Assembly: GCF_000341395.1 (NCBI RefSeq)
Contig: NC_020304.1
Span: 3,060,001-3,092,000, forward strand
Source of the DNA: Desulfocapsa sulfexigens DSM 10523
GTDB taxonomy: Bacteria > Desulfobacterota > Desulfobulbia > Desulfobulbales > Desulfocapsaceae
Reading direction: 5' to 3'
DNA: 32,000 bases
Positions within the stretch are counted from its first letter, which is position 1, and each line of letters opens with the position of its first letter. The notes below the pieces were generated by a model, which did no database searches, was not told the DNA's origin, and worked only from the letters and a program-made list of their open reading frames with translations. Both the position numbers and the translations under genes were made by a program. Positions 1 through 9,129 of the stretch are shown one piece after another.

Positions 1-97
1 ATTCACCTTATATGCAAATGGCACCATGAAATTTGCTGTTGCTCTGTCTAGGTTCTTGATAAAAGATTTTATCCCCATTCACAACTAGGAATGTGTT

Positions 98-2818
98 ATG
101 ACAAATCCTGTTTTTATGGAAATCAATACTCGTAAGTGTTTTCATGCGAATGGTAAGGAGTATAGCTTCTATTCACTTCCTGCGTTGCAAAAAGTCGGCT
201 TTGAAAACATAGATCGTTTGCCCTTCTCCATTCGCATACTTCTTGAAAATCAGTTGCGTCACCTCAGCAAGGGGATGGTAACCGAAGAAAATATTATTAA
301 CCTGGCATCCTGGCGTCCAGAGACACGGGAATTGCAGTCCATTCCATTTATGCCAGGGCGCGTTGTTTTGCAGGATTTTACCGGCGTTCCAGCAGTTGTT
401 GACTTGGCAGCTCTTCGATCTGCCTTTGCCAGGCAGGGGAGAGATCCAGAAAAGATGAATCCTTTTATTCCAGCCGATCTCATAATTGACCACTCCATTC
501 AAGTTGATCGCTCTGGTGATAAAAATGCTCTCTCCTATAATGTACACCAGGAATTTGCACGAAACCGTGAACGCTATACTATGCTTCGTTGGGGGCAGAA
601 GGCTTTCTCAAATTTCCATGTCATACCACCGGGCACAGGAATTGTGCATCAGGTCAACCTTGAGTATCTTGCTTCCGTAGTCCGGGTTCAAGGGAAGGGC
701 AGAGAGGCAATGGCTTATTCAGATACTGTCATCGGGACAGACTCACATACAACAATGATTAACGGTCTTGGGGTTCTTGGGTGGGGAGTTGGAGGTATTG
801 AGGCAGAGGCTGTACTCCTGGGACAACCATATTCCATGCAGATTCCGGAAGTTGTTGGGGTGAAATTGATAGGCAGGTTGAAGGAAGGAATAACAGCAAC
901 TGATCTTGTACTTACTATTACCGAGTTTTTACGTAGTAAGGGAGTTGTTGGCAGGTTTGTCGAATTTGTTGGTTCTGGTGCAGAACAGCTTAGCCTCTCG
1001 GATAGGGCAACTATCGCGAATATGGCTCCGGAATACGGAGCAACGATGGGCTTTTTCCCTGTTGACCAGGAAACACTTCGATATCTCTCTGCAAGCGGCA
1101 GGAGCTCAAGGCTGGTTACCCTTGTGGAGAGATATAATAAGGAGCAGGGTCTTTTTCTCTCCCAGACCACTCCGGAGCCAGAGTACAGTGTTGTGTATGA
1201 GATCCAGCTCGATCGAGTTGGAACAAGTCTCGCAGGCCCGCGTAAACCTCAGGAACGGATACCATTGTCAGCCATGAGTGAATCCTTTAAGGCTCTGTTG
1301 ACAGATAGAGTTACAGAGGATGATGGAGTGAAAGCTGGCAGTTGTGACCACGATGCTGAAGGTCGCTTTGAAAAAAATGGTGACCAGCTACCTATCAAAG
1401 ATGGTTCTGTGGTAATTGCAGCGATCACCAGTTGTACCAATACATCAAATCCTGCAGTTATGATTGGAGCAGGACTTCTTGCTCAAAAGGCTGCAGAACA
1501 AGGATTGCAGACAAAGCCATGGGTGAAAACCAGCATGGCACCTGGCTCCATGGTTGTCAGTCATTACCTTGAAAAAAGCGGACTTTTGAGTCCATTGGAA
1601 CATTTTGGGTTTCATGTTGTCGGTTACGGATGCACTACCTGTATTGGTAACAGCGGTCCACTTGATACTAAAATGTCTGATGTTATAAAGGATAAAGAGT
1701 TGCTGGTTGCTGCGGTCTTAAGTGGCAACCGGAATTTCGAAGCCCGTATCCATCCCCTGGTTCATGCTAATTATCTTTGTTCACCACAGCTCGTTGTTGC
1801 TTATGCAATTGCGGGCACGGTTATGATCGATTTTGACAGTCAACCTCTTGGAAGAAAACCGGATGGAACTCCTGTGTATCTTCGTGATATCTGGCCAAGC
1901 AATAAAGAAATCGAGACATTGGTGGCTGAGGTAGTCACACCCGCCTTGTTTACAGCAGGTTACGAAAATGTTTTCTCTGGTAACGAAACATGGAATGATC
2001 TGAAAGTGAAAGACAGCAGCCTGTATCAATGGGACAGTGATTCCTCTTATATACAGGAACCTCCATTTTTTAAGAATGTATCTCCGGAACCGCCGCCACT
2101 GTGTAATATTGAAAAGGCCAGAATTTTAGCCATTTTCGGTGATACGATCACCACCGATCATATCTCTCCAGCGGGTACGATTCCTATGGACAGTCCGGCC
2201 GGAAAATATCTCCAGGAACTAGGAATAGCTCCCCATGAATTTAACAGCTATGGCTCAAGGCGAGGAAATCATCAGGTCATGATGCGAGGTACCTTCGGTA
2301 ACATACGAATCAAGAACCGTATGGTGGGTAGAGAGGGCGGGTATACTCTTTTAATGCCTGATAGAATTGAAATGAGTATCTATGATGCAGCTATGGCTTA
2401 TAAGGAGTTGACAACACCGCTGGTGATTATCGGTGGTAAGGACTACGGAACCGGCAGTTCGCGTGATTGGGCGGCAAAAGGGACATTACTTCTCGGTGTG
2501 AAAGCGGTCATTGCTAAATCTTTTGAACGCATCCATCGCAGTAATCTTGTTGGCATGGGGGTCCTGCCACTTCAATTTGTCGACGGTGCAGATTGTACTA
2601 CACTAGACCTTGATGGCAGTGAAGAGCTTACAATTAAAGGAATTGCAACGGATCTTACCCCTGGCGCACAGATCACGGTAACGGTTGACCGTGGTGATAA
2701 TAAAGGTCTGACCGAATTCCTGACAACCGTTCGTCTTGACAATCCAGTGGAGCTTGAATACTACCGACATGGTGGTATCCTCCAGAAAGTCCTGCGACAG
2801 ATGCTTGCCCAGAAGTAA
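98..2818 (+). CDS. acnA: aconitate hydratase (monomeric AcnA/IRP type)
   Basis: 906-aa ORF with aconitase hallmarks in the translation: IIDHSIQVD, GTDSHTTM, the Fe-S ligand contexts ITSCTNTSNP and GCTTCIGNSG, and the C-terminal swivel domain DYGTGSSRDWAAKG. Confidence 0.95.
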   Translation: MTNPVFMEINTRKCFHANGKEYSFYSLPALQKVGFENIDRLPFSIRILLENQLRHLSKGMVTEENIINLASWRPETRELQSIPFMPGRVVLQDFTGVPAVVDLAALRSAFARQGRDPEKMNPFIPADLIIDHSIQVDRSGDKNALSYNVHQEFARNRERYTMLRWGQKAFSNFHVIPPGTGIVHQVNLEYLASVVRVQGKGREAMAYSDTVIGTDSHTTMINGLGVLGWGVGGIEAEAVLLGQPYSMQIPEVVGVKLIGRLKEGITATDLVLTITEFLRSKGVVGRFVEFVGSGAEQLSLSDRATIANMAPEYGATMGFFPVDQETLRYLSASGRSSRLVTLVERYNKEQGLFLSQTTPEPEYSVVYEIQLDRVGTSLAGPRKPQERIPLSAMSESFKALLTDRVTEDDGVKAGSCDHDAEGRFEKNGDQLPIKDGSVVIAAITSCTNTSNPAVMIGAGLLAQKAAEQGLQTKPWVKTSMAPGSMVVSHYLEKSGLLSPLEHFGFHVVGYGCTTCIGNSGPLDTKMSDVIKDKELLVAAVLSGNRNFEARIHPLVHANYLCSPQLVVAYAIAGTVMIDFDSQPLGRKPDGTPVYLRDIWPSNKEIETLVAEVVTPALFTAGYENVFSGNETWNDLKVKDSSLYQWDSDSSYIQEPPFFKNVSPEPPPLCNIEKARILAIFGDTITTDHISPAGTIPMDSPAGKYLQELGIAPHEFNSYGSRRGNHQVMMRGTFGNIRIKNRMVGREGGYTLLMPDRIEMSIYDAAMAYKELTTPLVIIGGKDYGTGSSRDWAAKGTLLLGVKAVIAKSFERIHRSNLVGMGVLPLQFVDGADCTTLDLDGSEELTIKGIATDLTPGAQITVTVDRGDNKGLTEFLTTVRLDNPVELEYYRHGGILQKVLRQMLAQK

Positions 2819-3035
2819 CGGTATTTCACTGGTCGTTTCCAGACTAAAAGCTGCTGCCGTGAGCATTTATTTCCAAGAGTGTTTTGAGAACAGTGCGCTT
2901 CAAAATTTGCCCCCCTTTGCACCAGCATTCATGTGTTCAGGAGCTCCTCCTCTGCTGTCCCTCTCTTTCAGTTTGTAATGATTTTATCATAATACAGGGT
3001 GAGGCACACGAATTCAAATAATGTGTTACTTTTTC

Positions 3036-3064
3036 TTGACCTGTTCTCTACGAACTGTTAATCA
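3036..3064 (+). promoter_or_regulatory. candidate sigma70-type promoter for the ABC importer operon
   Basis: TTGACC, a 17-nt spacer, then TAATCA, about 60 nt upstream of the 3124 start codon. Motif match only. Confidence 0.3.
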
Positions 3065-3123
3065 GGTGTGAACGTAACACGAAACGTGTATTCTTCATAC
3101 TGTGTATTCTGTAGAGGTTCAAA

Positions 3124-4218
3124 ATGGTTACCCGATTTGTTTTTGTTTTTTTTATCAATATATTGCTCTGTGGTGGAGTAACAGCGAAAACTGTAACAGA
3201 TGTCACCGGGAAAACAGTGCAGCTTCCCGATTCCATAGATCATGTTATCTGTTCAGGCTCAGGATGTCTCCGGTTACTCACCTATCTTCAGGCTCAGGAC
3301 AGGATTGTCGGTGTCGACAGCATTGAAACCAGGCAAGGTCAGTTTGATGCTCGGCCGTATGCTCTTGCCAATCCACAGTTTAAGAAGATGCCGATTTTCG
3401 GGGAGTTTAGGGGGCGTGACAATCCAGAACATATTTTGACTCTTACCCCCCAACCCCAGGTGATTTTCAAAACCTATTCTCAAATGGGCTATAATCCATC
3501 AGAACTTCAAGAGAAAACCGGTATCCCGGTGCTTGTTCTTAACTATGGGAACCTTGATTATCTTCGTCCAGAATTGTTTAAATCTCTTCGTCTTATGGGC
3601 TCTGTTCTTGGAAGGGAAGAACGTGCAGAACAGGTTATCTCCTTTTTTGAAGAGACCATTTCAGATCTTGAACAACGAAGCAAAGATATTCCGGCCGAAA
3701 AACGTCCGAAAGTATACCTTGGAGGCGTGGCTTTCAAAGGGCCACATGGATTTCAGTCAACCGAGCCTACCTATCCCCCATTTAAATTCGTTCAAGCCCA
3801 CAATCTTGCCTATGATCCCGCAATGACCAAAAAGGAGTTGAGCAACTCCAACATTGCCAAGGAAAAGATTGTTGCCTGGAATCCCGAGTACCTTTTTCTT
3901 GACCTGTCAACCCTGCAGTTAGGAGATAAGGTTGGCGGTTTGCATGAGCTGAAAACTGATCCGTCGTATCGGTCACTGAGTTCGGTGAAAAGTAACCGGG
4001 TTTATGGCTTACTTCCCTATAACGGGTATACGAAAAATTACGGTTCTATTCTAGCTAACGCCTACTACATTGGTAAATTGCTCTATCCCGAGCGATTTGC
4101 CGATATCGAACCAGACGAGAAAGCTGATGAAATATATAGATTTCTGGTAGGTAAACCGGTCTTTGCCACTATGGACGGACTTTTTAAGAATCTTGTATTC
4201 AAAAATGTCCCACTTTAA
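3124..4218 (+). CDS. ABC transporter periplasmic substrate-binding protein (Fe-siderophore/haem/corrinoid class, FecB/BtuF-like)
   Basis: 364-aa ORF with an N-terminal signal peptide (MVTRFVFVFFINILLCGGVTA) and a GAGG RBS. It is the first gene of a tight operon with a FecCD permease and its ATPase. The family assignment rests mainly on this context and overall layout. Confidence 0.8.
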   Translation: MVTRFVFVFFINILLCGGVTAKTVTDVTGKTVQLPDSIDHVICSGSGCLRLLTYLQAQDRIVGVDSIETRQGQFDARPYALANPQFKKMPIFGEFRGRDNPEHILTLTPQPQVIFKTYSQMGYNPSELQEKTGIPVLVLNYGNLDYLRPELFKSLRLMGSVLGREERAEQVISFFEETISDLEQRSKDIPAEKRPKVYLGGVAFKGPHGFQSTEPTYPPFKFVQAHNLAYDPAMTKKELSNSNIAKEKIVAWNPEYLFLDLSTLQLGDKVGGLHELKTDPSYRSLSSVKSNRVYGLLPYNGYTKNYGSILANAYYIGKLLYPERFADIEPDEKADEIYRFLVGKPVFATMDGLFKNLVFKNVPL

Positions 4219-4223
4219 TAGCC

Positions 4224-5294
4224 ATGCATTTTGATCATGGCCAGGTGCCGGAGGAATACCAACAATACACTGGTAGAAAAAAACTGTTTATTTTGATTGT
4301 AGCTTTTGGCCTTGCTGCTATCCTGGTTGTAGCCATCTCCCTTGGATCTGCAAATATACCAACGTCCTCGGTTGCCAAAAGTCTGATGGGGATGGCAACT
4401 TCTGCACAAACCAAGATGATTGTCTGGAATATCCGGTTGCCCCAGGCATTAGCCGCTACTGTCGCCGGGGCTGGTCTGGCTGTTGCTGGTGCAGTTATGC
4501 AATCGATATTACGCAATCCGCTAGGATCGCCATTTACCCTTGGAATCTCCCACGCTGCCGCCTTTGGTGCAGCGTTATCTGTCATGGTACTGGGAGGCGG
4601 TGTTATGACCTCCAGCAATGTAGGCGCTATCTCAATTACCAATCCATATATTACCACCGCATCGGCGTTTCTTTTCAGTATCGGTACTTCTTTCTTGATT
4701 ATAGGTGTGACACGAACGCGCGGTGCCACACCGGAAGTAATGGTGCTCACCGGTGTGGCCCTGGGAGCATTTTTCACAGCAGGAACCATGTTTTTACAAT
4801 TCTTTGCTGATGATATGCAACTGGCGGCCATGGTATTCTGGACCTTTGGTGATACTGCAAGAGCAACTTGGACAGAGTTGGGGGTTATTTCTTCAATAAC
4901 TGCTGTCTGTGTGCTCTACTTTTTTGGAAATAGTTGGAACTATAATGCTATTGATGCGGGTGATGAGACCGCCAAGAGCCTTGGGGTTCGGGTCGGTCGT
5001 GTCCGGATGATGGGGATGCTGTTCGCTTCGATGTTGACTGCGGTTATAATTGCATTTCTGGGAATCATCGGTTTTGTCGGGCTGGTAGTGCCGCACATGG
5101 TTCGACGAATTATTGGTTCAGATCACAGGTTCTTGCTGCCGGCATGTTTTCTGGTCGGAGCAGTTTTGCTGCTCGTGTCCGACACTGTTGCAAGGTTGAT
5201 ATTGGCTCCTAACGTTTTGCCGGTGTCAGTTCTGACGGCATTCCTTGGAGCACCGGCATTTTTCTGGTTAATTATACGAGGAGGACGCCGATGA
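4224..5294 (+). CDS. FecCD/BtuC-family ABC transporter permease
   Basis: 356-aa polytopic membrane protein with FecCD-family signatures (RNPLGSPFTLGISHAAAFGA, GIIGFVGLVVPHMVRRI, LTAFLGAPAFFWLI). It starts 6 nt after the binding-protein gene and overlaps the ATPase gene by 4 nt. Confidence 0.92.
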   Translation: MHFDHGQVPEEYQQYTGRKKLFILIVAFGLAAILVVAISLGSANIPTSSVAKSLMGMATSAQTKMIVWNIRLPQALAATVAGAGLAVAGAVMQSILRNPLGSPFTLGISHAAAFGAALSVMVLGGGVMTSSNVGAISITNPYITTASAFLFSIGTSFLIIGVTRTRGATPEVMVLTGVALGAFFTAGTMFLQFFADDMQLAAMVFWTFGDTARATWTELGVISSITAVCVLYFFGNSWNYNAIDAGDETAKSLGVRVGRVRMMGMLFASMLTAVIIAFLGIIGFVGLVVPHMVRRIIGSDHRFLLPACFLVGAVLLLVSDTVARLILAPNVLPVSVLTAFLGAPAFFWLIIRGGRR

Positions 5295-6055
5295 TTCTAG
5301 CCATCAAGCGACTCGCTTTCGGTTACAATGGTCATCGTACCCTTTCCGACATCAACCTTAATGTGGAACCTGGAGAATTGTTGGCCATACTTGGACCAAA
5401 TGGTGTTGGCAAAACGACCCTGCTCAAATGTATTAATGGTATACAGATTCCTTCTGCAGGAACTGTTCTGGTCGAGGATCGCAATGTCCTGAAAATGACC
5501 CCTGACGAGATTGCCCTCGGTATCGGCTATGTTGCACAGCGTAGCGAGACGAGTCGGTTGACTGTTTTTGATGCGGTGCTGATGGGAAGAAAACCACATA
5601 TCAGATGGCGGGTCGCCGAACGGGACATGAAGGTTGTAGATTCAGCGCTGCAGCAACTCGATCTCACTCGGCTTTCTTTGCGCTATATAGATGAACTGAG
5701 CGGAGGCGAATTGCAAAAAGTAGCTATTGCTCGTGCGCTCGTTCAGGAACCACGACTGCTACTGCTTGACGAACCAACCAGTTCGCTCGATTTGCGAAAC
5801 CAGATAAATATATTATCGATCATCAGAAAAATTGTGAAAAGCCACCGCATTGCATCTGTGATAACCATGCACGATCTCAACAGTGCCCTACGGTACGCCG
5901 ATCGGTATTGCTTTTTGAAAGATGGTTATGTTCATGCGACATGTGACCGCTCCACCATATCACCAGATATAATTGAGAAGGTATATGGGCTTCCAGTCAC
6001 AATTCATCATATTGACAATTGTCCGGTCATCGTCCCGGAAGATCATTTTAATTGA
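5291..6055 (+). CDS. ABC transporter ATP-binding protein (FepC/BtuD-like)
   Basis: Walker A GPNGVGKTT, ABC signature LSGGELQ, Walker B LLLLDEPTS and an H-loop (TMHD). ATGA overlap with the permease gene. Confidence 0.92.
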   Translation: MILAIKRLAFGYNGHRTLSDINLNVEPGELLAILGPNGVGKTTLLKCINGIQIPSAGTVLVEDRNVLKMTPDEIALGIGYVAQRSETSRLTVFDAVLMGRKPHIRWRVAERDMKVVDSALQQLDLTRLSLRYIDELSGGELQKVAIARALVQEPRLLLLDEPTSSLDLRNQINILSIIRKIVKSHRIASVITMHDLNSALRYADRYCFLKDGYVHATCDRSTISPDIIEKVYGLPVTIHHIDNCPVIVPEDHFN

Positions 6056-6067
6056 AAGGAGCTGAAA

Positions 6068-6679
6068 ATGACATGTACTTACCCAAAACAGACAATTGAA
6101 GATACAATTGCATTCCATGGGCATAACTGCCCAGGACTTGCAATCGGTATTCGGGTGGCTGAGTATGTCAAAAAAGAATTTCCAGACACCCCATCGGCAG
6201 CCCTTGTTTGTATTACTGAAACAGATATGTGCGCTGTGGATGCCATCCAGTATCTAATCGGCTGCACCTATGGCAAAGGCAATCTGATTCATAAAGATTA
6301 CGGCAAGACAGCCTTTTCTTTTTATGATAGAGAAAACAACAAGGGTATTCGATTCCTGTTGAGACCGGATTGCCGTGGTGAGAATTATTGGATGCTGGCT
6401 GATATGATGGCAGAAAAAAGTGCTGGAATCCTTTCAAAAGAGGATGATCAGAAGCTGGCCGAGCAGAGAATCCTACTTGAAAAGAGGTTTATGTCACTGT
6501 CGCTCGAAGATATGTTTTCTATTGAAAAGCTGCAGACCAGACCACCTCGGCCGCCGCGTGTATTGCATTCCATGACGTGTGAGGATTGTGGTGAACAAAC
6601 CATGGAGTCAAGGACTAGACGTTTTGATAAAAAGACGCTGTGTATACCTTGCTATCAGAAAGTCGAACAGAAAATATAA
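6068..6679 (+). CDS. FmdE/FwdE-family protein with C-terminal zinc ribbon
   Basis: N-terminal FHGHNCPGLAIG motif typical of the FmdE domain. C-terminal CxxC...CxxC (CEDCGE...CIPC). AGGAG RBS, 12 nt after the ATPase gene. Confidence 0.8.
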   Translation: MTCTYPKQTIEDTIAFHGHNCPGLAIGIRVAEYVKKEFPDTPSAALVCITETDMCAVDAIQYLIGCTYGKGNLIHKDYGKTAFSFYDRENNKGIRFLLRPDCRGENYWMLADMMAEKSAGILSKEDDQKLAEQRILLEKRFMSLSLEDMFSIEKLQTRPPRPPRVLHSMTCEDCGEQTMESRTRRFDKKTLCIPCYQKVEQKI

Positions 6680-6834
6680 GTAGAATAGGTGCCCGACCGT
6701 TCTAATGGTATTTCCACAATTCAGAAGATTGCCAAAGAAAGTGCAAAATAGGCATTTTACTTATTTATATTCTATCTGAAATATGTTTAGTATGACTTTA
6801 TAGTCAGCATAGATATAAATAAAGGAGAAAGACG

Positions 6835-7503
6835 ATGAGAAAGTTATTGATTTGTGGAATATGTTTGTTGGTACTGCTTCCGGCAATGGCAAGCGCCACA
6901 ACCTATACAGGTTCACTGGTTGTTGGTGGTGATCCTTTGGCTTATTCAACAATTTGGTTCGACAAGACCGGAACTGATACTTATGAACAAGCTGGTGGAG
7001 GGTCTATAGATACTTCCTACCTTGACGGGGATGAGTTGGCGTGGCTTTACTGTGTCGATCTTTTCACCTCGGTGTCTGTTGCAACGTATCCATCTACCTT
7101 GGTCTCTGATAGCGGAGATATTTACGGCGGTACGTATAGTGCAATAGCAGACGTCGCTTGGTTGCTGGACAACTATGCTACTGGTGGCCAGGGTGATGAT
7201 GCAAAAGCACTCCAGGCGGCTATATGGACTACGGTTCACGGAACCGACTACGACTTGAGCCCAAGCAGTTCAGCGTTTAATAAATACACGGATATGTTGG
7301 CAGCACTCGACCTTACCACTGAAACCGGTAATGTCGGTAACTACTTGTGGATCAGCCCGCGACTTGAAGCAGGTGGTGCCTTCTCACAGGGTTTGGTTGG
7401 TGTTAAGGTGTCTGCGCCCGTTCCTGAACCAGCAACAATGCTTCTCTTCGGCACAGGTTTAATTGGTCTTGTTGGTACAAGACTTCGTAGAAAGAGAAAA
7501 TAA
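6835..7503 (+). CDS. PEP-CTERM sorting-domain protein (secreted, exosortase substrate)
   Basis: Signal peptide (MRKLLICGICLLVLLPAMASA). Canonical C-terminal PEP-CTERM tail: VPEPATMLLFGTGLIGLVGTRLRRKRK. AGGAG RBS. Confidence 0.88.
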   Translation: MRKLLICGICLLVLLPAMASATTYTGSLVVGGDPLAYSTIWFDKTGTDTYEQAGGGSIDTSYLDGDELAWLYCVDLFTSVSVATYPSTLVSDSGDIYGGTYSAIADVAWLLDNYATGGQGDDAKALQAAIWTTVHGTDYDLSPSSSAFNKYTDMLAALDLTTETGNVGNYLWISPRLEAGGAFSQGLVGVKVSAPVPEPATMLLFGTGLIGLVGTRLRRKRK

Positions 7504-7527
7504 TACATTTTGATATAAAGTATCTTT

Positions 7528-7566
7528 AAAAGGCAGAGTCATTCACTTGATTCTGCCTTTTTTTTG
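7528..7566 (+). terminator. rho-independent terminator of the PEP-CTERM gene
   Basis: 10-bp stem ggcagagtca/tgattctgcc (one G-U pair), a 6-nt loop, then T8. Confidence 0.85.
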
Positions 7567-7963
7567 TTTCAATCTTTCGTAGTTTGTTGCCAAAACTAAG
7601 CTCTACAACTTCACATAATTCTAAAATGTTATACTGCTACTGCTTAGCCTATAATCGGGGACAAGCAGTCTCTGAGCAGTAATAACCACCTGAAACCGTC
7701 GTTATTGAACTTTTCTCACAAGTGCTGCTACCCTTGTGATTTTCCTGCCTTCTTTTTTTACACTTTTCCCCTTTTAATCATTCCGAGACTGCCTAATTAT
7801 TTTACACCATCTCCATTTTATTAATTAACCCTCGGCGAACAAACCAGAAATATCATGCAATATCGGTATGTTTTGGGATTTTTTACCCCAGTAGCCCATC
7901 TGGTGCGATTCCTGCTAACTCTTTTGTAAGTATTTGAAAATATTCCAACGAGGAGGATTATCA

Positions 7964-8215
7964 ATGTTCGGACACAATAGTGTTTCTACAGATTGGTGGT
8001 GTGGAATGGGAACATTCTTTCCAGGCCCTTTGGGGATGGTCGTCACCTTTCTTTTTTGGGGGTTTGTCATCTACCTTATCATTTTCCTTTTTCAGGCTCT
8101 GTTTTCAAGGGGGAAAAGAGCCTCTTCAGCACATCTTGATGCCCTGAAGGAAAGGTATGCCCGCGGTGAAATCAACGAAGATGAATATCATCGTATAAAG
8201 AGAGAAATTAGCTAA
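7964..8215 (+). CDS. SHOCT-domain small membrane protein
   Basis: The ATG at 7964 is preceded by AGGAGG; the track ORF from 7934 uses an upstream TTG. One hydrophobic TM segment, then a C-terminal SHOCT-like motif LDALKERYARGEINEDEYHRIKREI. Confidence 0.7.
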   Translation: MFGHNSVSTDWWCGMGTFFPGPLGMVVTFLFWGFVIYLIIFLFQALFSRGKRASSAHLDALKERYARGEINEDEYHRIKREIS

Positions 8216-8245
8216 GACATGATGTTTTGACACAGGAGGGCGATC

Positions 8246-8901
8246 ATGAAACGATGTACTGTATTAAAAGGTGGTTTGGCCGCCATTTCCCTCGTGGGAG
8301 CTGCCGGATCTACTACTTTGTTACAGAAAGTCTTTGCGGGCAGATTTTCTCTACCCCTTTTGATTCAACCTGTAATCGCTGCCAATGCATCGCGCTCCCG
8401 TATCGGAGAATGCTTTTCAACACCTCTGCCTATTCCTCCATTACTGAAGTATTTGGACAATACGCTGTACAGTACCCGCTTCAGCATGAACATGCAGCAG
8501 GAGAAAGTGAAGTTTTTTCGGGATAAGCCGACTGACACCATGGGGTATAATGGTAATTAGTCTGCTGGTGGATCAGAGGCAGGGGAGCCAATTTGAGTCC
8601 ATGCGGATCAAAGTGGATCGTCTTGCGGAGAACAAAATTTCTCTACCCGGAGAGCTGCGTCCCCTTGAGAGGATACCTGAAGCGGAGGCTTCTGTTGTCC
8701 GCGGATTTACCATGGAGACCATGTCCAAGGGGGGGAGGTGGAATGGGTATGGGGATGATGGAAAGACGACTCACCATTAATGGGAAGCAGATGGATATTA
8801 ACCGGATTGATGAACAGGTACAGTTGGGTTCCACGGAGACCTGGGAGATAACAAATCGTGCCGCCATGATGATTCGCTATCAGTCAAAAAACTCCTTTTA
8901 G
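8246..8901 (+). pseudogene. decayed multicopper oxidase (CueO/SufI-like) remnant
   Basis: Three consecutive ORF fragments in three frames. Fragment 1 carries a signal-like N-terminus plus LPIPPLL...TMGYNGN, matching the start of CueO domain 1. Fragment 2 (ISLPGELRPLERIPEAEASVVRGFTME) matches the linker before domain 3. Fragment 3 has a Met/Gly-rich GGGGMGMGMM stretch followed by INGKQMDINR...TWEITN. Total length is about 0.65 kb against about 1.5 kb expected, and the HxH and HCHxxxH copper-ligand motifs are absent. Confidence 0.75.
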
Positions 8902-9129
8902 ATACAAGCATGTTCATGATTCTGCTCTTTGTCTTTGTTTTTGTGCGTCTGATAAAATAGGAAAAGGCCTTGGGGAGAAAGGAGTTCAGTGAGATCTGCG
9001 ATTAGTATTTACAGGATATTCCAATATTTCTGCCTTGATTAAAGAAGAGAAGTCTGCTACTGGACACCACAGTTAAATGATTAAAGCGAAGTTTATGGGT
9101 TGGTTAACCTAACATTGGGATGGAAGGCT

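Noticed and set aside
2819-3123. Cobalamin riboswitch or Fur box upstream of the ABC importer
   Set aside because: I found no B12-box-like core or conserved riboswitch stems. The only Fur-like element is a weak AT-rich palindrome, TGATTTTATCA (2979-2989). It lies upstream of the candidate -35 box and matches the Fur consensus poorly.
4235-4831. 198-aa antisense ORF inside the FecCD permease gene
   Set aside because: Its Ala/Pro/Arg-rich translation is typical of the reverse frame of a hydrophobic membrane-protein gene. The sense-strand gene has unmistakable family motifs.
8227-8526. 99-aa ORF overlapping the first multicopper-oxidase fragment in another frame
   Set aside because: The CueO-like frame (8246-8560) explains the region. 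This alternative frame has no motifs.
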